Positions 55,316-64,000 of a stretch of DNA of 64,000 nt are shown here, in pieces. The stretch covers positions 24,594 to 88,593 of the forward strand of contig PDIP01000085.1 of NCBI GenBank assembly GCA_002811645.1, read 5' to 3'. Under the pieces are notes generated by a model. The model saw only the letters and a list, made by a program, of their open reading frames with translations, had not been told where the DNA came from and searched no databases. Position 1 is the stretch's first letter; every line of letters begins with the position of its first letter. The DNA comes from Corallochytrium limacisporum Hawaii. Its lineage: Eukaryota; Protista; Pluriformea. The translations under genes were made by a program, and so were the position numbers.

Positions 55316-56449
55316 TTAACTCCACCACTCGAGCTCGCCGCGGGCCTTGGCGTATACAAACTCGCGGCCTTCCAGCACGACAATGACAAGGGACAGATCA
55401 ACTTTCCATTTGTTCTTTGTCTTCGGTTTCGTGACCTTGTCGTACATACAGATGATGGCGTCGCACTGCTCATCTTCTTCATCATCCTCTACGTTTGAAT
55501 TAGCACCAAGTGAGTCTGAATCATCATCTCGATAGTCTGCAGCGTCCAGATTGGTGAGATGGCTATGGTGTGCCGGTAGTCCGAACTCCTTCTTTTCTTC
55601 TTCCGGTTTTTCTGGTTCTGCTTCCGCGGACGCAGGAGCTTCTGGGGCTGGGGTCGCTCCAGGTCCCTTATCATCTTCGACCTCCTCAAACTCGTCCTCA
55701 TCGTCGTCATCGGCAGGGCCGTCCTCCTGGGGGATTAGTAACTGATGCCGACGGATACTGTCTTGGATGTCATGTTGCAACCGGCTCGGGTTCTTTCGCA
55801 GTGCTTTCTCTTCAATTCTCCATTGCCGCAGGGCTGCATATCCTTTCTCCCTAAGGGCTTGAAGTGCATCCAAGCCATACTGGACATCCATGTGGATGCT
55901 TCCGTTACCATGGTCATCATCATTATCGTCGTTCTCCCGGCCTCTGCTCTCGGATTCATGAATGTTCGTGGGGTTCGCGCTGTTCTCTGCGTGTTGCTGA
56001 TGTCCTCCCCCGGGTGTTCCAAATGGAAACGGAAACCCACCTGGTCCTGGATGAGGTTGACCATATCCACCTCCGTAGCCACCCCACGGTGGGTACCCAC
56101 CGTGGGGCGGAGGCTGCGGAGGCTGTCCGTATCCCGGGCCCCAGTGGCCGCCATTGCCGGGCGGTTGCGACGGCGGTTGCTGGTCGTCATCCTTACTGGG
56201 CTTCCCTGGTTTCGGCTTTGGCTGTTTCGGCTCCTCATCGTCTTCTTCTTCTTCCTCCTGCTCGGCAGACGCTTCATCGGTGGGCCACACGTCCTGCTTT
56301 TCAAGATTTGACCACCAGATTTCTTTAAAGTCCTCCAAAATTCTATAGTCCATACCGGCATCTACAAACTCTGATTGCACCTTCTCTACCACATCGTGGA
56401 TGACTTTAGCATATGCTTCCTTCACAGGATTTTGTTGTTTGCGAGGCAT
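55316..56449 (-). CDS. GTF2A1: Transcription initiation factor IIA large subunit (alpha/beta)
   Basis: N-terminal Y..VI.DV...V..EF...G.D..IL.D.K..W; QEDG; acidic region; C-terminal CMYDKVTK.K.K.KWK..L....EGREFVYAKA.GE.EW. Confidence 0.95.
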   Translation of the reverse strand: MPRKQQNPVKEAYAKVIHDVVEKVQSEFVDAGMDYRILEDFKEIWWSNLEKQDVWPTDEASAEQEEEEEDDEEPKQPKPKPGKPSKDDDQQPPSQPPGNGGHWGPGYGQPPQPPPHGGYPPWGGYGGGYGQPHPGPGGFPFPFGTPGGGHQQHAENSANPTNIHESESRGRENDDNDDDHGNGSIHMDVQYGLDALQALREKGYAALRQWRIEEKALRKNPSRLQHDIQDSIRRHQLLIPQEDGPADDDDEDEFEEVEDDKGPGATPAPEAPASAEAEPEKPEEEKKEFGLPAHHSHLTNLDAADYRDDDSDSLGANSNVEDDEEDEQCDAIICMYDKVTKPKTKNKWKVDLSLVIVVLEGREFVYAKARGELEWWS

Positions 56450-57099
56450 GGCGGTCAGGGTGCTGTCTTGTACCGCCGGTAACCCAGAATAGAATATTTA
56501 CCTTAGCAATGACAGGTCATCTACTAGTATGTAGGGTTTCGTGATACCACAATGCCGGGTAAAGACAGTTCTTTAAATTTGGTAAACTTTCTTGAATGTT
56601 TCTTATCTCCTTTACAACACTGCACTCTCGCTCTGGCGTCCCACTGCGCTATTTTGGAGGCAATTCTTTGGACCCGAACAACAACAACACTTGTTCTGAA
56701 ATTGAAGTCCCTTCTTCTTGATTCTCAGGGACCTGCACGTGTTGGCCTATCCACGTGCTCGGAAATTCTCAATACAATAAATTTCCCCCGTTTAGTGTTT
56801 AGTATAGTGTCCCCACTGATCTACCTTTTCATGAAAGCGAAAGCGAAGACAACAAACTACATCGTTGCTCTTGTGGCTATCGCTTGCGCAGTCCTGCGCA
56901 CTGGAAGGTCTCCAGTTTCCTTTTCGTCCCCCTCCCCGTCTGCCCCCCCCCCCCCCCCCCTCTCTTTTTTCCTATTGTGCCCAAGAACGGATAAACAGCC
57001 ACTGACGGCCGCAAAACAGGCATATGTCCCAGGGCCCGATTGACCCCCGGTACTACCGCGATTGGAACCGAACCGCATTCTCCGCCGCAGGTAGCAAAT

Positions 57100-57891
57100 A
57101 CCTCCCATGTTTATTCCTACAAAATATTAACTGATACCCTAATACAACATTGGTTTTTTGAATTGAACAGAGGTCCAGCTGGTTGGGGGAAGGGTGCGGA
57201 AATGCAGGGGGGAGCTCCGTGTCACTCGACTGATGCGGTGCTGCCTCAGTCCCGGCCCCAAACCAGTGCGGTGGAAATACTGTGGGATCCGAGTTTACTC
57301 GGAACGCGGGTAGAGTGGATGACGAACTACTAGCCAAGTACTACCAGCGGAACGGCATGCTGCTAAAGACGGAAGGAGAATACGAGCTGGCGAAGCAGGA
57401 ATCCAGTCGAGGACTGTACCACTTGACGGTGAAGGCCGGGCCCCACAGCAGTCGCTGCACCGGCGGTATTTTTCAAACTGCTGGCCTATACATGGTGCGA
57501 GGTGGCCAAGAGACGGCCTTGGCCCTGTACGACACCGTCGTTTCCATATGGGCGGCGACTTTGATCACGATCCTCAGCCTGTCCTCTGACGACGGTTCCA
57601 GTCTCAGCGATGACCATGCTTCGGAGGCACGGGTCAAGCGGCTGCATATCTTTGGAGATCCGCAAGACCCGCCGCGGCGAAGCGCACAAGACAGTGGGCG
57701 AGGCGTGCGCAACACTCGGTCTGCATGCGTACGCCACCGACAACGTCCCGGAGGCCCTGGAGTTTGCCAGCAAGGCCTACGCCAACTACGAGCAGATCTT
57801 TGGCAAGAACGATGCCCTCACTTTAAGTATTGACTCGTTCCTGAAACGAATCCAAAAGGGAACGCGATCACAATTGGATTGCAGCGTATGA
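57100..57891 (+). pseudogene. ZMYND12-like (inner-arm dynein-associated TPR protein) relic
   Basis: G.YELA.....LY....AGP....TGGIF....Y......ALALYDTVVSIW and VGEACATLGL...ALEF..KA...Y...FG resemble the ZMYND12 TPR region; extra T at 57651-57653; no MYND finger or in-frame ATG found upstream. Confidence 0.6.
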
Positions 57892-59970
57892 ATGGCCAAA
57901 TCCAATGAGCATGCAACATGTATGAAAACGACCTGAATCAGTGGACAAAGAGCTAACCCAGGGACCACGCCCAGCTCGCCTTGGCCGTGCGGTGCGGTCC
58001 GCACACCCCACATTTCTTCTGTGGGCCAGATTGCGCAAGCTGGCGCACACAGCTCGGACCCCTGTTCAAGGTAGTGGTCTCCACCTGCCAAAGGGAGCAG
58101 GTCGTAGTGAGGGGACCCACGGACCGGCGATCATTTCACTGGGCCCACCACTTTATCCCTCGCCACTGATATAAGCTCCGTATATATTTACTACCGATGG
58201 GTTCCTTAATACGCCCTACCGAGCCGGCGTTTTAATTTGCGCCGATTGTATGTTCCCGATAGCGAGTGTATGGAGCCGGGCCCCTCAACGGGGAAATTTG
58301 TGAACGACCAAGCTCAATTAAGGAGGAGGTGCGCACTGCTACAGAGTGATCTCATCACCTGACCCCCGTCCTTCGGTTCAGTGAACATACCACCACTATA
58401 GCCTTCCCGCACACACCGCGGGAAGTATTCCTCAGACTTTACACAGGTATGGGTGTATCTGTAGCCTGCCTCACTCCTGCATTTCATGCGCACACGCAGG
58501 AATGCACAACGCTCAGATGTTCTTGTTGTTGACGTAAAGCAGTGGGTAGTAGCTATCTGCGGGGTCGTGATGAATACTTCGGCAGCGGCGTGAGCGGCAG
58601 TATCAAGAGATCCTCATCGTCGACGGGGTCGTCTTTGTGTTGCTCCTGTGCGCCTGAATGCTCCTCCTCCGCCTCTCTTGCATTTTGAAAACTTGGGGAT
58701 GGTGGTCTGGCATGGTTTTCTCCTCGGTAGAACCGTGGATCTTTCAGGCCCGTCGTGTATTAAGGCATAAGATCATGTCTCATCGTGCTCCTGATCATTA
58801 CGCCGAAGGCCGGTGATCCCACCAAAAGCCAATCCGTGGCGCATGGTGTTGCGGACCTAGTGTTGAGCGGACGGGGGAGTGAACCAAGTGGGAACATCTT
58901 CCCATCTCATACACTACGATCGGGGCTTTTTTGGGGGAGTAGAAAAAATGCGGAATATAAAACTTACCGGAAGTTCCAGGTGCGACGGCAGCGACGTCCG
59001 AGCTCACGAGCCAGTAGCAGACGGTCCCGAGATCCTAGCAAGCGAGGTAGTACCTCACTGCCATCCACTCATCAATGGGGTGTTTGCAAACCAAGAAAAA
59101 GGATAGGGAGAGTGAAGTCGCGCGGTGGCGGTGGGTGCTGTCGAGAATGAGGAGGTCGAGCGGTGGCGGTGTGTGCTGTCAGCACGGAGGGGACAATTTC
59201 AGGCGTCACTCATGACCTTAATCTAGCTACAAGTTGGGAAAGTGATCGGGGGAACGAAGAATGAGGCAACCCGTGATCAGTGATGAAGATGCTGGATGAT
59301 GCGGATAGGGGTTGAAGGGGGTTTACAACATCGCCCCCTCAAAGTATTTCTTCTGCGGTGTCGTCCGGAAGTGACGTACTTGGGAGAGTGTTTGATCCTT
59401 TGACGTTCTCAGATCCTTCAAACAGAATACGGAGCCTTGAGCGAACCAAAGCATTGCCAAAAGGTGATTCGAGGATGTGACGTCTACGCTCCTTAACCAG
59501 GCCGGGCATTCGAGATATCGTTCAAAACAGCTACAAGGGAACCGGAGGTACAGTAGGTGATGGACGGACAGCCTTATCACCCGGAAGGGCCTTATCAAGG
59601 TAATGTAGTAGATCAACGGTCAACATATTTAGCAATGCCGTTAGGAAAACAACTGAAGAACGCACTCCCACACACAGCGACACCTTGCTGGCGAGCACCT
59701 TTTTCGGTACGGAGGCTAGCAGAGGCTGGGAAAGTATTGAAAAATATGCGTGCCATTCCGCGACTGGGTAATCGAAATCACACAATCAACCCTGTACATC
59801 GTTGCAGCTCGCAAGAGCGAGCTCGGCTATCATCCGTCCGCAGCGGGGTTGGAAGCGGGCCTCATTGCCCCTGCTGCTGCCTTCTTGAATTCTTTCTTCG
59901 TTCTTGTTCGAACTTTTCATGCTGGCGGACACGCAGTCGTTAATACAACAATTCTCTATATATTAGGTAC

Positions 59971-60392
59971 TTATATTTGAATTCCTACGACCCACCAGGG
60001 GAGAGCTTCTTTTGGTTGTATGTCCTTTGTTCCTGCAACGCAATCATGTTCCTTTGACCGCACACCGTACAAATCATTAGGCCGAGAACCAGCAGAGAAG
60101 GCCCCGTAAGCGATGAGCGCATTGCATTCTTTATGTATTAAATCCTCGCAGTCCTCTTTGGAGAGGGCTATTTTTTTTTTCGGATTGAGTTGGCAGCCTC
60201 TCAACTATGTGGCCTGACGTCCATTTTCCACGAACGTTGATACGCCAACTTTTCCTTCTCCGCTTCGGTGGCCCGCATGGTTAATGTATGCGGATTCTGG
60301 ATCCAGTGGCTGGCGTGTTCAAGGAAGGATCCTTTGTATGCTTCAGGTCCGTTATCTCGCTCACAGTGGCAAGACACCAGGTACGTGTACAT
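59971..60392 (-). mobile_element. Degenerate tyrosine-recombinase-like fragment (DIRS/Crypton-type relic?)
   Basis: LRG....KKKIALSKEDCEDLI...ALIAYGAFSAGSRPNDLYGVR resembles YR patch I/box I (L..EE...L..; .G.R..EL..L). Broken by stops and frameshifts; no box II found. Confidence 0.35.
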
Positions 60393-63300
60393 GGCTCAGG
60401 AAGTCATAGCTCGGGGTGCGCGACCTTCTACATAGTACATTATCTATACAACACATGGGGAGACGTCGTAGAAGGAGTTCCGTGTCCAGGCAAATGAAAA
60501 AAACGGGGAAGAGTAAGAACAGTGGAAAAAGGACATTAAGCCGGGTGAGTACGCTGGGACACATCGCTCAGCGAGCGGCTCAAGACAGAGGCTACACCCT
60601 CATGAACGCCAAAGTTTTTTTTAAAAAAGGGCAGTTCTGTTGTGCGGCCCGCACCAAGAAAGGCAGGGTGCTCTTCATGCTATATGAATTAAACGACGAA
60701 GAAAAAACTACAGTTGTTGACCAAACCGGTGTTTGGATACGGTTGGGAAGGCGGCAATTAAAACGCCTACCACTACCCCCGCCTTGGGCGAGCCACATAC
60801 TTGCCTCCTATTGCACATTCCGTGGTACGGAACGTAATTCACACGTTCACTTATTGTGATTTAGGGGTTTTCTCATATAAGGCCAGCACATGCCCATTTC
60901 CAGGCATGTCTCCGTGAAGGACGAAGACGAGGGAGGACGAGGCATCGACGCGCGAGTGGGGGCTGCTTGCCGGGAAATGTAAACATACTTTTGCTCAACG
61001 TTTGATCGCACACTAATCGTAAGCTCGTGAGCGCGACATGCTGAGCGGTCCAAGAAATTGGGTAATGGACGATGAGCTAGCACTTAGAAAGAACCGACAA
61101 CGTTAATAGATTCATGTTTCCTGGGGGTCAGTAGCCCACTAAGGTGAGGAACGTCTTCTTGTACGGCGATCCCATTTGGAAAAGGATACCTTCCATGTGC
61201 ACAATTTGTTCCGGCAATTGATATCTACCTGCGACCCCTCCCCTTTGTCCCATCCTTTGTCTGTTTGACATAATTTTCTGTGTCCGTTCGTTCCGCCTTT
61301 GCCTTTCTATGGTTTTCCGGTATTTTATCCTTGTTGTTGCGAAACAGTTCCCCGTCAATTGTGGGGGCGGAGTTAGTGATCACTGTGGATCATTGACTCG
61401 GATAAGTCCCAAAGGAGAGTATGTTCTGCACTCCATGAGGATCATGTACTCCTAGGCCGGAACGAGAGCCTCACTTTGCAGAAGAGCTCTAGTCCTGTTC
61501 CTTAATCACACACACCGAGCCTCTTCGTTCAATATGCTTTCCAGATTGTCACCCCCAGTGAGCCATGTGGGCAAGCCTTGATAAGAGTCACAGCGAAGGA
61601 TCGACGGTACGGGCATGAATACTTTATGCATGGCATGTTTGGTCACAAAATCTTCGTCGGAGCGAGTGGCCGGAACTATGTGCTGATGCCTCACCCTTGG
61701 GCGACGTACCCGGCTCCACTCCCATCATCGAAGACCATTATCTGTTGGAACCATCCCAAGCTCTCAAATCATGCAAGTCGTAGAAGCATCAATATACACT
61801 GTTTCGGAAGGTTATGCGTTTGATACACGGTTTTTGGTCTGGACAGGGGAGAAGAACATCATCAGCGGACACAATACGAAGGATATTGTAGGCGGCGAAC
61901 AGTTACACCTTATGTTGTCGTTGTAACCGATAATATGATGATGTGTGTCGCCGTATGGATATCAAAATCAGTGTTGACATCATTATTCTGTTCGTTCCCT
62001 CTTCTCCCGACCCATATTTGCATTTTGCCCAGACTGAATGAACGAACATGTGTGTACGGCGAGCGAACCCCATTGAACACTTTTCAAAAAAGCCATTTCG
62101 GACCCACACGGGTTGTGAAGGGAAGGAGAACAGCAGCAGCTCTGATGAAGGATGGGGCCACCCGTCATTCAGACCCGCATTCTTGTGTCAGAGATATTCC
62201 TTGCGCTTGATAATTAAAATCTGCCCAAGTAAGATATCGAATTGTATACTGGACCCTTTGACTTTTTCCCTTGCCTGAACTACTCATGTGATCTGCTCAA
62301 GGTACAGAGAAGCATGCTGCAGCAAGCAACGAAGCTGGAAGAACTCTTCGCGGCTTGTGGTTAAGTTCTAAAACTTCATACTTGGCTTCGTACCACGGAG
62401 CGGGCAGAGAGACAGCGACTTAGCTCAGCACTGGGCAAACGCACCGCTTGTTTGTCTATATACTCTTCAGTCAAGGGGGGGGGGGGGGCATTGCAGATAA
62501 ATGGGAAGAACGGAGTTGTCGATTTGTATGTTTCAGGTCGTGATTGTGCGTTTGACCGTCGTGCTCACTAAAGAGGTCCCTCACGCATGGCCTCGCTTCC
62601 TCTTGGCGGCGGCTTTTGCTGCTCCATACAAACTCCTCGGAGGAGGCCACACGTTCCGCTTACGACGGGAGTGGAGCGAGAGACGGGGCGTACCAGGCCT
62701 CTGGATCTTCGGATTTGAAGTAGGTCCATGCGTCGGTAGCTAAGCTCTGGTGTGTAGAAGAATTTGAGAGTTAAGCAGTGCAAGCTGTGCATATCTCAGC
62801 GTTTTGCCGGTCGATTACAATGACATAGATAAATGAGAAAAAGTCATCACGGTAAAAATGAACACCGCCATATTCCACCTTGATATAATACCCCATCATC
62901 ATACGGCAGGTATGTAGCCAATACACTCGACTTCATAGCGCAGATTGATAGTCTCGCTATCGTTTTCGGTTTTGGACTTGGTACGATTGAGAAAGGAAAT
63001 TAGAAATGCTGCGCGCTCCGCTTGTCACTTAGGTTCTCGCCCCCTGCTCCTGCACATGGATTCTGTGGGCAAACCCCCTTCTCGTAATCACTTTTGTTCT
63101 CCAGGGGATAACTCTTACATCACGGAGATGGTACAGGGATCTGGAAGGGAAGAAGAAGAATAAGGATACGGTTTTGTGTGCTGAGTGCCAAAGTGTGTTC
63201 TAGTTACGGGGATCTATATGCGCATATCCCTAACAAATCATAGGTTACGTCAAAACGGATAAGTTCTGACCCGGTCCGGTAATGTGAAAAATTCCCTTGG

Positions 63301-64000
63301 CATTTGTTACTTCATTCCAGGGATCAGGCCGAAGCGACACGTTTCTGTTCAAAAGCCCAGGATAATCTGCTCGCTCGCGCCCAACTCCACCATGTGGCTC
63401 ATTTTAATGTTTTCTGCCAAAATTTCTTCACCTGCAGTGGTTCCACGCGCAGTAATAAATATATAAGAAATTTTATTGCCATTTGCTTCTTCCAAGCCGT
63501 TTTGTCTCTTGTGACACTCCTTTTCTGGCCCGGAATCGCCAGAAAAAGTCAGGAGATTAAAATTGCAGGTCTCTCCATTTGGAAAGGGCCATCCAAGAGG
63601 AGTGCCCGGACTCGATTGCTCTGTGAGGGTGGTTGCGTGGATCCAGAAGAGCCAAGGGTGTGTAGTGTGTGTGTGTATCTTGTGTGAGTGAGGGGTGACC
63701 CCTCCAGCGCGAAGCCATTCAGATATCTGTACCTTAGTCATTGACTGTCTGTCCAGCTTTGTACGGCACGGAAGGTGAGAATGGGACCATGGAGACAGCG
63801 CAAGACAGGCCAGCCAGAACACACCTACTCGGCGCGCAAGGCTGAAAAAAGTACGGTGAGATGGAGACCAATAAAGGCAAAAAGAAGGGAAAAAATCCTC
63901 CAGGAGCTAGGCAAAAATTATCAAATGCCACTCCCCCCTTTGCGAATTTGGGCAGAGGCCTACCCAGGCGGCGTCGCTACAGAACCACACTGCAACCCCA

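Noticed and set aside
62303-62330. TACAGAGAAG, U6-like
   Set aside because: Lacks the following ATTAGCATGGCCCCTG internal stem-loop and the oligo-T end.
63349-63822. ITARGT resembling class-3 lipase xxFRGT
   Set aside because: No GHSLG motif seen in the frames examined downstream; not supportable.

Overview
Eukaryotic genomic DNA with three N-gaps. It holds 20 intact protein genes, each readable as a single uninterrupted ORF: E2F, RCC1-like, SEC3/EXOC1, FOL3-type dihydrofolate synthase, a Q/G-rich low-complexity protein, NDC80, an SLC25 carrier, an Unkempt-like CCCH-RING protein, a SIRT2/3 sirtuin, NIF3L1, RPS14, URM1, a BLOC1S3-like protein, MED19, ECH1, CAPZA, PMS2, SSX2IP/Msd1, DBT and TFIIA-alpha/beta. 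There are also three tRNA genes: two intron-containing tRNA-Ile(AAT) and one tRNA-Phe(GAA). The gene set mixes animal-like members (E2F with Rb-binding motif, Unkempt, BLOC-1) with a fungal-type FOL3, and coding introns are absent. This suggests an intron-poor unicellular holozoan such as Corallochytrium (inference only). Main observations: (1) the only frameshifted or truncated recognisable genes are two cilium-associated ones (ZMYND12-like, CCDC170-like), possibly flagellar-toolkit decay in progress; (2) gene orientation alternates almost strictly, with short convergent spacers and long divergent spacers rich in microsatellites and C/G runs, and breaks in the pattern point to hidden small genes or ncRNAs; (3) canonical E2F sites lie upstream of NDC80 and PMS2/SSX2IP; (4) the tandem tRNA-Ile(AAT) genes carry introns; (5) a hairpin-rich candidate ncRNA region lies at 18.5-19.2 kb; (6) a decayed zone at 56.5-64 kb contains a tyrosine-recombinase-like relic. 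All family assignments come from motif recognition from memory; no database searches were run.
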